Shown here piece after piece: positions 37,144 through 48,847 of a stretch of DNA of 64,000 nucleotides; positions within the stretch are counted from its first letter, which is position 1; each line of letters opens with the position of its first letter. Below the pieces are notes generated by a model that saw nothing but the letters and a program-made list of their open reading frames with translations, was not told the DNA's origin and searched no databases. Source of the DNA: Longimicrobiales bacterium (GTDB lineage: Bacteria; Gemmatimonadota; Gemmatimonadetes; Longimicrobiales; Gaopeijiaceae); assembly GCA_965202805.1 (NCBI GenBank), contig OZ241869.1, forward strand, positions 1,056,001 to 1,120,000. Direction: 5' to 3'. Both the position numbers and the translations under genes were made by a program.

Positions 37144-39765
37144 TCACCGCGTCTGCGGCGCGTTCATCTGCAGGGGGATGATGTCCACGTCCCAGCGGGT
37201 GTCGCCCAGCAGGTGCTTCACGAAGTACTCGGCGCGCAGCCAGAACCAGTAGTCGCTCATGTCGCCGAAGCCGTGGCGCTGCCCCGGGAAGATGAAGAAG
37301 TCGAAGCGCTTGTTGGCGCGGATGAGCGCTTCCGCCATGCGGAAGGTGCCGGCGTGGTGCACGTTGTTGTCGTTGTCGCCGGTGGTGAGCAGGAGGTGGC
37401 CCTTGAGGTTGGCGGCGAGGTCGGAGTTGCGCTCGATGTCGTACTCGAAGCTCACGTTGCCCTCGTCGTCCACGACCTCCTTCACGCCGTGGTGTGTCTC
37501 TGACCAGGACCGGTTGTACACGTCGTTGTTGTGGTTGCCCGCCGACGACACTGCGACCTTGAAGAAGTCCGGATAGACGAGCATGGCCGCCGTGGACATG
37601 AAGCCGCCCCCGGAATGTCCGTATATTCCTACTTTGTCTATATCTATGAAGTCGTGGCGGTCGGCCAACTGTTCGATGACCGCCTTCTTGTCGGCCAGTC
37701 CATAGTCGCGCAAGTCGCCGTACCCATAGTTGTGGTACCACTTTGACCGGTCCGGATGTCCGCCCCGGTTCCCCATGGTCACGACGATCATGCCGAACTG
37801 CGCCAGCGCCTGCTCGTACGGGTTTGCCGACCACGACTTCGACACCGACTCGGTCTGCGGTCCCGGATAGACGTACGCCACAATGGGATACGTCTTCGCC
37901 GGATCGAAATCGTAGGGCTTGTACATCACGCCGTAGATGTCGGTCACGCCGTCCGCGGCCTCCACCTGGTACGGCTCCGGGAACTGGTATCCGGCCGCTT
38001 CCAGGGCACCGAAGTCGGCCTCGCCCAGATCCATGATGCGCCGGCCCGAGGCGTCGAAGAGCGCGGACATGGGAGCCGTGTCCACGCGCGAGTAGTTGCT
38101 GACGAAGAAGCGGTTGGACTCGCCCATCTCGAACTGGTGGTTGTAGTCCCCGGCGTTCAGGAGCGTCAGCCCGGTGCCGTTCAGGCTCACCCGGTAGAGG
38201 TGCGCGTAGTAGGGATCCTCCCCCGCTTCCCGGCCCTGGCCGGTGAAGAACACGAAGCCGCGGGCCTCGTCGACGCCGACGATGCCGTCCACGTGCCACG
38301 CCCCCTCCGTGAGCCGCTGCTTCACCTCGCCGTCGGGCCCGTACAGGTAGAGGTGCGCCCAGCCGTCCCGCTCCGACCACCACAGCATGTCGCCGTTGTC
38401 AAGCATCTCGACGGGGCGCGTCTCGATGTAGGTGTTCAGGCTGTCCACGAAGAGCATGCGCGCATCGCCGGTGCCGGCGTCCGCAACCATGACCGCGGCC
38501 CGGTGCCGGTCCCGGCTCAGGCGCACGAAATGGAGTTCCTCGGAGTCGTCCGAGATCCAGAGCGAGCGGTCCGGCTCATCGGAGTCCGGGTAGTCGAACT
38601 GGCGCTGCGTCGTGATGCGCAGGTCCTCGTCCTTCCAGGGATCGTGCGCGACGGCGACCTGCTCCCGCGACTCCAGGTCGTAGACCACGAGCTCCTCCTG
38701 GGTGACCGACTCCTCCCCGGCCATCTCGTAGGAGTAGGTCTCGAGTTCCGGCCGCGCGTTCCCCTTCCCCACCACGTGGACCACCCAGAGCTCGCCCACC
38801 TCGCGGTTGTCGCGCCGGATGAGCGCGAAGCGGCGCGAGTCCTTCGCCCACGAGATCGATGCCGCCTTGCGGTCGTCCTCTTCCTCCTCGAGGGTGACGT
38901 TGGTTTCGCCGCGCCCGGTGTAGTTGGCCTCGTAGGTGTAGTACTGCTCGCCGTCCGTGGTGAGCTGGGCCTCGGTGACCTCGATGTCGTCCTCGGCGTC
39001 GTCGGCTTCATCCCCGGACTTGCCTCGGCGGGCCTCCAGAATCTGCTGGTAGTCGTCGCCGCTCATCATGAAGAGGTTGTGATCCCGGGCGAAGACCACC
39101 GTCTCGCCGTCGGGGGACACGCTCGCCCAGTCCGGATGGTTGTCGGGGGCCTCGTAGTCCTCGAGCTCGCGCAGGGTCCGGGTCGAGACCGTGTACTCGA
39201 AGTAGTGGACCCGCTTGCGGGTCGAGCTCCCGGAGTCGTCCTCCTCCTCGTCCTGATCCTCCTCCTGCACTTCCTCTTCCTCTTCCTCGTCCTCCACCTC
39301 CTCGTCCTGGGAGGACTCCACCTCGAAGTGGAGGATGTTGTCGCTGATGAAGCGGATGTTGCGGATGGGCAGATGCTGCCCGTCCCATGGATCGCGGGTG
39401 ATGCGCGTCAATTCCGCGGCGATGCGATCGTTGTCGAACAGGAGGGTGCGCGAGCCGGCGCCGGGATCGACGATGTAGTAGAAGGTGCCGTCGGCATTCT
39501 CCCACTCGTACCAGAACCGCTCGCTGCCCTCGATCCAGCGGGGATCGACGGAGGTGGAGTGCACCATGTCCCGGATGCGATAGGGCGCGAAGCGGGCGGC
39601 GAGGTCGTAGTTCGCCGGTCCGGCCTGGGCATCAGACTCCTGCGGCGCCGGGGCGGGAGCCGCTTCTGCCGGACGTGGCGCGAGCGCGATGAGCATGAGG
39701 AGGGGCAACGACGCACGCGGCACGGGCGAAATCGGACGGGAGAGAAACCTGGCGATGGCGTTCAT
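37144..39765 (-). CDS. Dipeptidyl peptidase IV-like S9B peptidase, secreted
   Basis: SERDGWAHLY, YVYPGPQ, GHSGGG, DNNVH, QRHG. Confidence 0.92.
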   Translation of the reverse strand: MNAIARFLSRPISPVPRASLPLLMLIALAPRPAEAAPAPAPQESDAQAGPANYDLAARFAPYRIRDMVHSTSVDPRWIEGSERFWYEWENADGTFYYIVDPGAGSRTLLFDNDRIAAELTRITRDPWDGQHLPIRNIRFISDNILHFEVESSQDEEVEDEEEEEEVQEEDQDEEEDDSGSSTRKRVHYFEYTVSTRTLRELEDYEAPDNHPDWASVSPDGETVVFARDHNLFMMSGDDYQQILEARRGKSGDEADDAEDDIEVTEAQLTTDGEQYYTYEANYTGRGETNVTLEEEEDDRKAASISWAKDSRRFALIRRDNREVGELWVVHVVGKGNARPELETYSYEMAGEESVTQEELVVYDLESREQVAVAHDPWKDEDLRITTQRQFDYPDSDEPDRSLWISDDSEELHFVRLSRDRHRAAVMVADAGTGDARMLFVDSLNTYIETRPVEMLDNGDMLWWSERDGWAHLYLYGPDGEVKQRLTEGAWHVDGIVGVDEARGFVFFTGQGREAGEDPYYAHLYRVSLNGTGLTLLNAGDYNHQFEMGESNRFFVSNYSRVDTAPMSALFDASGRRIMDLGEADFGALEAAGYQFPEPYQVEAADGVTDIYGVMYKPYDFDPAKTYPIVAYVYPGPQTESVSKSWSANPYEQALAQFGMIVVTMGNRGGHPDRSKWYHNYGYGDLRDYGLADKKAVIEQLADRHDFIDIDKVGIYGHSGGGFMSTAAMLVYPDFFKVAVSSAGNHNNDVYNRSWSETHHGVKEVVDDEGNVSFEYDIERNSDLAANLKGHLLLTTGDNDNNVHHAGTFRMAEALIRANKRFDFFIFPGQRHGFGDMSDYWFWLRAEYFVKHLLGDTRWDVDIIPLQMNAPQTR

Positions 39766-39990
39766 GGTAGGGCTCTGTTCGGATGGAGGGACGACGCGGG
39801 GGCTCCCCGGGCGGTTGTGCACAAGTGAATCCGTAGCCGAAAGCCGGGCAAGGGCGTCAGAGCTCACCTCGGTGAACCCGGGGAGGCCGGTCGGGGAACC
39901 ATCCCGCGGGTTCACGCGATAAACGATTCTCGCGCGGGTGCTTCGAGCCGCGGCGCCGGCGCCGGATTCCCTCGAACGGGGCGGAGAGGC

Positions 39991-40296
39991 ATGGAACCGG
40001 AGATCTTGATCCTGCTGGTAGCCGTCTTCGTGACCGGCGGCATGATCGGCGCGGCCGGCATCCTCCTCGCCCAGTTCTTCATGCGCCGCATCCCCGGGGT
40101 GAGCGCCACCGGCGCGCCGACCCGCGCCGAACTCGAGGGCATCCGCCGCGATGTCACGGAAATCGCCTACCACCTGGGGTCCATGGAGGAGCGCCTCGAC
40201 TTCGCGGAACAGCTGCTCGGCGGAGCGACCCCGACCGAGGTGCCGAAGGCCGTGGCGAAGAAGGTGGAGGAGGGGAAGAAGGCTCAGTCGGGATAA
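39991..40296 (+). CDS. Small single-TM coiled-coil protein
   Basis: TM segment, then MEERLDFAEQLL. GGAGAGG SD. Confidence 0.75.
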   Translation: MEPEILILLVAVFVTGGMIGAAGILLAQFFMRRIPGVSATGAPTRAELEGIRRDVTEIAYHLGSMEERLDFAEQLLGGATPTEVPKAVAKKVEEGKKAQSG

Positions 40297-40390
40297 CCTG
40301 ACTCTGCCGCAGGTGTCTCTGCCCGCCGCCCGACCGGCTTCGAGCGCCGCCACCAGCCGGAGGGGCAGGTGGCCGTGCGTGTACTTCCGA

Positions 40391-40777
40391 CTACCACCGG
40401 CTGGGTTTTCGGATGTTTGTGCCCGGAATGGGATCCGGCAGTTGAGAGTTCGCCAACGCATTGGGACGGATATGTCTCAAGAAGTGGGCATGCGCTCTGA
40501 GTTGCTGCGATGATCTGCCAGTTCCGGGTGTCAGCAGACCGATTCGTATGCTGTGATGCAGCCTCACGAGGCGCATCGCCTCCGCGATGTCGCTGTCGTT
40601 GGTGACTACGACCGCGCAGTCGTAGGCTTTACGCCAAGCATCATTCAAGAGATGTACGGCGAGGTTGACGTCCGAGCCCTTCTCCTCCGTCTTGATCACC
40701 TCAGCCATGCGGGTTCCGCCCACCGGCCGTTTCAGGGGTGCCCAGACTGCGTGGCTTAGGAAGTACACCTGCCGCAA
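40391..40777 (-). pseudogene. NYN (LabA/DUF88, PIN-like) nuclease lacking most of its N-terminal half
   Basis: Retains EEKGSDVNLA, VVVTNDSD and SQLPDPI, but lacks the N-terminal acidic DGxN motif. 128 aa. Confidence 0.75.
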
Positions 40778-40868
40778 AAAGCAAGGGCCCCCGAAGAGGC
40801 CCCGCGCCCTGCGGTCGAGACCGCAAGGGGTGTCACTGTTAGTCTACGCTGCTAGCAGCGAACGTCAA
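40778..40868 (-). promoter_or_regulatory. Promoter and two-hairpin leader or attenuator upstream of NYN
   Basis: TTGACG-16-TAGACT with a 14-bp palindrome in the spacer; hairpins ccttgcggt-ctcg-accgcaggg and gggcctc-ttcg-ggggccc, followed by ttgcttttt. Confidence 0.65.
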
Positions 40869-40935
40869 GTCCGATGCCTGCCCTGGTGTCGCGGAACCGC
40901 ACCGGGCTATGCCGGTCTTCGCGCATCGCGCCCAC

Positions 40936-41976
40936 CTATTGCCTGCGCCGTCGCACGCGCCGTTCTGCAGCCATCTCCACGAGGCGGCGCAGCTCGGCGA
41001 TGGGCTCATCGTGGTCGTCGACCTGGAGGCGCAGCACCACGTCGTTGTTGAGCCAGACGCCGCCGTCCTCCCTGACGACCAGCAGGGCGGCGGACTGCAT
41101 GCCGCGGGTATCTCCGCCCGCCGCCTGACCGGCTTCGAGGGCCGCCACCAGCCGCTGGGACAGGTGGCCGGGGGTGTTCTCGAAGGCGGTGACCATGTCG
41201 TCGACCACCGCCGGGCCGGCCAGGATGTTGCCCTGCGCGGAGGTGTAGCGGCCGATGCGGTGCCCCGCCCAGTCGCTGGCGCGCGGGCCGGTGTGGGTCG
41301 CCACTTCGCCGCGCGCGTTCATGACCGAGAACTGGCGGCCCTCGATGCTCCACCGCTCCGGGTCGGGGTTCGGGTCGGCGGCGAGGACGCGCTCCACCAC
41401 CTCGGCGGGCGAGTACCCCTCGCGCAGGAGCGCGAGCGCCTGCGGCCCGTAGCTCACGTCCACCACCGCCTGGGTGGCCACCACCCCCACCCCGGCCTCA
41501 CCCCAGATGACGCCGTTGCCCACGCTGAACACCCGGGACTGCACCGCCACCCCGACCTCCGCGGTCGCCGGGTCGTAGCCCACGATGGAGAAGGTCCCGA
41601 CCGTGTCCCAGGGGGCGGGCCTGGTCACGGTAGCGGGCTCCCGGACGTACAGCGCGTCGCTTGCGCCCCGGCCCAGGACGTAGCGCCCATCGGGATGAAC
41701 CCTGACGAGCGTGATTCCCCGATACTGGTATGCGATGGTCATGTCCTCGGCGGCCGCCTGCGCGCGCAGTTTCGCGAGGAACGGCCCGCTCTGGTTGCGG
41801 ATCCGAGCCGCATCCAGCGGCTTCACCTCCACGACCTTCTCGACCTGCCGGCCCGCCGGTTCTGCGACCGGAGGAACCGTCGCACAGCCCCCCAGCATCA
41901 CCGCTAGGGCGAACACCATCCCGTACATCCTGCGATTGCAAATCACCTGCCTACGCCTCCGCAGCCTGTCTCTCAC
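40936..41976 (-). CDS. DUF1028 (Ntn-hydrolase-like) lipoprotein
   Basis: TFSIVGYDP, GVAVQS, VATQA, QGNILAG, AGGDTRGMQSAAL, VDDHDEPIAEL. Confidence 0.88.
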   Translation of the reverse strand: MRDRLRRRRQVICNRRMYGMVFALAVMLGGCATVPPVAEPAGRQVEKVVEVKPLDAARIRNQSGPFLAKLRAQAAAEDMTIAYQYRGITLVRVHPDGRYVLGRGASDALYVREPATVTRPAPWDTVGTFSIVGYDPATAEVGVAVQSRVFSVGNGVIWGEAGVGVVATQAVVDVSYGPQALALLREGYSPAEVVERVLAADPNPDPERWSIEGRQFSVMNARGEVATHTGPRASDWAGHRIGRYTSAQGNILAGPAVVDDMVTAFENTPGHLSQRLVAALEAGQAAGGDTRGMQSAALLVVREDGGVWLNNDVVLRLQVDDHDEPIAELRRLVEMAAERRVRRRRQ

Positions 41977-42896
41977 TCGTGCGTGCCATCATGCGAGTCC
42001 CTGCTGCTCGTGTGCAGGAAGTTCGTGAAGCCCTCGTCATAGTCCGAAAGCCCGTTCTGGCCGGTGAGCTTCATGCGCTCGTCGTAGAGGCGGCGCATCA
42101 GATTCGCCAGCGTGCCCTGCGCGGGGCCATCCTCGGGATGCAGCGCCAGGAAGTCGTCCTGCAACTCCTCGCGCAGCCCTCCCTCCTCGACCATCGTCCG
42201 GTATCGCCCCGGATCGCGGTCCGCCAGCACCCGGAGGTTCCGGTGGAGCCGCTCGCAGCGCGCCGATTGCACCAGCACCGGCTCGCCCGAACCGACCATC
42301 GACAGGTATCCCAGCGCCTGCGCGTGCAGCTCCTTCAGGTATCCCTTCCGGTGCGAGAACTCGTGCGCGATGATGTGCGGCTCGAAGACCCCCGCGTCCC
42401 GCAGGATGGACACGTCTCCCGAAAAGATGTCGCAGGTGCCGAGGGCGAAGGGAAAGACGAGTCCGGCGAGGGTGAATTGACGTATTTCCGAGCTGGTTTC
42501 GACCCGCTGGCCGGTGATGTCGGCGATGAAGCCGGTCAGGTGCCGGTTGACCAGGCGGGCGAGTTCCGCGCGCGGGATGCGCTCGGGGGTGTACTCGTCG
42601 CTCACGAGTTCGACCAGCCAGCGGACCTCCCGGTCGCGCTCGGCCACGGACATCGGCGTGAGCTGGTGCACGTCCGCGCCGAAGGTTTCCAGGAAGTCGA
42701 TCGCGCGCACCTTGCGCCGGGCGAACCAGTCGATCGCGACGCTGCCCGCGTAGGCGCCCAGGGCGACGGCCTGGAGCGCGCGGCCGGGGGGCGTGGCTCC
42801 GAGCAGGATGCGCGAAGCGAGCGGCGCCGCGGCCATCAGGTCGGTCAGCGAGATGGGCGAGTAGGTCGCCTGATTGGGGATGCGGACGGTTTCCAT
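41973..42896 (-). CDS. Putative zinc-dependent peptidase (DUF3810-like)
   Basis: IAHEFSHRKGYLKELHA (HExxH plus a downstream E). Confidence 0.6.
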   Translation of the reverse strand: METVRIPNQATYSPISLTDLMAAAPLASRILLGATPPGRALQAVALGAYAGSVAIDWFARRKVRAIDFLETFGADVHQLTPMSVAERDREVRWLVELVSDEYTPERIPRAELARLVNRHLTGFIADITGQRVETSSEIRQFTLAGLVFPFALGTCDIFSGDVSILRDAGVFEPHIIAHEFSHRKGYLKELHAQALGYLSMVGSGEPVLVQSARCERLHRNLRVLADRDPGRYRTMVEEGGLREELQDDFLALHPEDGPAQGTLANLMRRLYDERMKLTGQNGLSDYDEGFTNFLHTSSRDSHDGTHE

Positions 42897-42985
42897 GAGC
42901 CTTCCCGGAATAACGGCCCCGGAACCGGAAAGTTCCTGACGGCCGGACGCCCGTCGCTGTTCGGACCGGACGCGCCTCCGGTTAG

Positions 42986-42997
42986 TATACTGACGCC
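42986..42997 (+). promoter_or_regulatory. -10 element TATACT 6 bp before the metH ATG (leaderless)
   Basis: tagTATACTgacgccATG; no SD sequence. Confidence 0.55.
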
Positions 42998-46729
<3,732 letters not shown>

Positions 46730-46784
46730 GCGTGGCGTTGCCCGACCTGCGCCCGGACGGGCATGCCCGGGAGGTCAACCGCCG

Positions 46785-48635
46785 GTGAGCGTGACTCTGC
46801 GCGACCTGATCGCCGACGGGCGCGCCCACGTAATGGACGGCGCCATGGGCACGATCCTCTACGGGCGGGGCGTCTTCGTGAACGTCTGCTACGACGAGCT
46901 CAACGTCGAGCAGCCGGAGATGGTGCGGGAGGTGCACGAGGAGTACGTCCACGCCGGGGCCGAAGTCCTGGAGACCAACACCTTCGGCGCCAACCCGGTG
47001 AAGCTGTCCGGCTTCGGCCTGGACTGGCGCACCGAAGCCATCAACCGGGCTGGGGCGGAGCTGGCGCGCGAGGCGGCCGCGGGAAGGGCGAGCGTGGCGG
47101 GCGCGGTGGGCCCGCTCGGCATCCGCATCGAGCCCTGGGGGGCGACGTCCGTCGAGGAGGCCGTGGATTTCTTCCGGCGGCAGGTGCAGGGGCTGCTGGA
47201 GGGCGGCGTGGACGGGTTCTGCCTGGAGACCTTCAGCGACCTGAGCGAGCTCGAGGCGGCCTTCCGGGCGGTGCGCTCGCTCACCGACCTGCCGGTGCTG
47301 GCCCAGGTCACCATCGGCGAGGACGGCGCCACGCCGGGAGGCACCACCATGGAGGCCGCCGGGGCGGCGATGGCGAAATGGGGGGTGGAGGTAGCCGGGA
47401 TAAACTGCTCGGTGGGGCCGGCGATCATGCTGGACGCGGTGGAGCGCCTGGCCGCGAGCTCCGGGCTGCCCGCCTCCGCCCAGCCCAACGCCGGGCTGCC
47501 GCGGGTGGTCGAGAACCGCCAGATCTACATGGCCAGCCCGGAGTACATGGGCCAGTACGCCCGCCGCCTGATCGCCGCCGGCGCGCGCTTCGTGGGAGGA
47601 TGTTGCGGCACCACGCCGGCACACTTGCGCAAGATCCGCGACCACGTGGCCACCGTGCAGCCGGTCCGCGTCCGGGCAGCCGCGCGCGCCGAGCCCGCCG
47701 GACTGCCGGGCCGGTCCGGGGCGCCGCTGGCCGAGCGGTCGGCGTGGGGAAGGAAGCTCGCCGCCGGGCAGTTCGTCACCACCGTGCAGATCGCCGCCCC
47801 GCGCGGCTGGCGGATGGAGGAGACCACCCGCAGGGCACGCGCGCTGGCGCGCGACGGGGTAGACGCGGTCTTCGTGGTCGGCGGCACCCGCGGACAGGCG
47901 CACATGGACGCCCTGACCACGGCCATGCTGCTCGGCGCCCGCGCGGGAATCGAGCCGCTGGTGCGCTACGTCTGCCGCGACCGAGACATGCACGGCATGA
48001 TCCGCGACCTGCTGGGGGCGTCTGCCGCCGGCATCCGCAACCTCGTGATCGTGAGCGGCGAGTCGACCAGCCTGGGACCCTACGCCGACTCCACCGCGAT
48101 CTCCGACATCGACTCGATCGGTCTGGTGAACGTGGTGCAGCGCCTGAACCGCGGCCTGGACGCGGGCGGCAACGACATCGGCGCGCCCACCGAACTGGTG
48201 GCCGGGGTCTCCCTCGACCAGGCCGCGGCGGACCAGGCCCTCGAGCTCAGCCGCTTCGCGTGGAAGGTGGACGCGGGGGCGGATTTCGCGGTCACGCGGC
48301 CCATCTTCGACGCCCGGCGCCTGGAGGACTTCCTGGCGCGCGCCGGCACCGACATCCCCGTGATCGCGACCCTGTTTCCCCTCGCCTCCCTGCGCAACGC
48401 CGAGTTCATGGCCAACGAGGTGCCGGGCGTCGAGGTGCCGGACAGGATCGTGCAGAGGATGCGGGCGGCCGAGCGGAGAAGCCCGGCGCGGGCCCGCGCG
48501 GAAGGACTGGCGATTGCGCGGGAGATGTTCGCCGGGGTGCGGCACCTGGTGCGCGGGGTGCGCATACGCCTCCCCGACGACGACCTGGGCCGGGCGTCCG
48601 AACTGCTCGGCTCACTCGAGGCGGAGCGGGGGTAG
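46785..48635 (+). CDS. yitJ: Homocysteine S-methyltransferase / MTHFR-like fusion (YitJ-like) with a divergent MTHFR domain
   Basis: DGAMGT, GINCSVGP and GGCCGTTP in the N-domain; CRDR and NAEFMANEVPG in the C-domain. Confidence 0.85.
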   Translation: MSVTLRDLIADGRAHVMDGAMGTILYGRGVFVNVCYDELNVEQPEMVREVHEEYVHAGAEVLETNTFGANPVKLSGFGLDWRTEAINRAGAELAREAAAGRASVAGAVGPLGIRIEPWGATSVEEAVDFFRRQVQGLLEGGVDGFCLETFSDLSELEAAFRAVRSLTDLPVLAQVTIGEDGATPGGTTMEAAGAAMAKWGVEVAGINCSVGPAIMLDAVERLAASSGLPASAQPNAGLPRVVENRQIYMASPEYMGQYARRLIAAGARFVGGCCGTTPAHLRKIRDHVATVQPVRVRAAARAEPAGLPGRSGAPLAERSAWGRKLAAGQFVTTVQIAAPRGWRMEETTRRARALARDGVDAVFVVGGTRGQAHMDALTTAMLLGARAGIEPLVRYVCRDRDMHGMIRDLLGASAAGIRNLVIVSGESTSLGPYADSTAISDIDSIGLVNVVQRLNRGLDAGGNDIGAPTELVAGVSLDQAAADQALELSRFAWKVDAGADFAVTRPIFDARRLEDFLARAGTDIPVIATLFPLASLRNAEFMANEVPGVEVPDRIVQRMRAAERRSPARARAEGLAIAREMFAGVRHLVRGVRIRLPDDDLGRASELLGSLEAERG

Positions 48636-48673
48636 ACGGGGACCGATTCGCCCCGCTCACTTGCATGAACGCG

Positions 48674-48770
48674 CGCCGGGCGGCCAGATGGCTGAATCGC
48701 ATTGAACGCTCGCCGGGCGGCCGGATGGCTGAATCGGACGCCCGCGCCGGGCGGCCAGATGGCTGAATCG
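48674..48770. repeat. Three copies of a 26-bp unit cgccgggcggcc(a/g)gatggctgaatcg
   Basis: At 48674-48699, 48711-48736 and 48745-48770; spacers of 11 and 8 bp. Confidence 0.9.
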
Positions 48771-48847
48771 GACGCCCACACGGGAAAGGCCTGACGGACG
48801 GGATTGACCACGCTGCCGGCCCGGAACCGCCGTGGCCGGCTGGCATC

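Larger units (their letters stand above)
40305..41170. repeat. 71-bp imperfect direct repeat (40305-40375 vs 41100-41170, 8 mismatches) enclosing the NYN module
   Basis: The orphan copy translates GHLPLRLVAALEAGRAAGRDTCG; the DUF1028 gene has GHLSQRLVAALEAGQAAGGDTRG. Confidence 0.88.

Noticed and set aside
42897..42997. SAM or cobalamin riboswitch upstream of metH
   Set aside because: The gap is only ~100 bp and divergent, shows no recognisable aptamer motifs, and has a -10 box directly before the ATG.
48674..48770. Possible mini CRISPR array
   Set aside because: The spacers are only 8-11 bp and partly similar, and there are no cas genes in the window.
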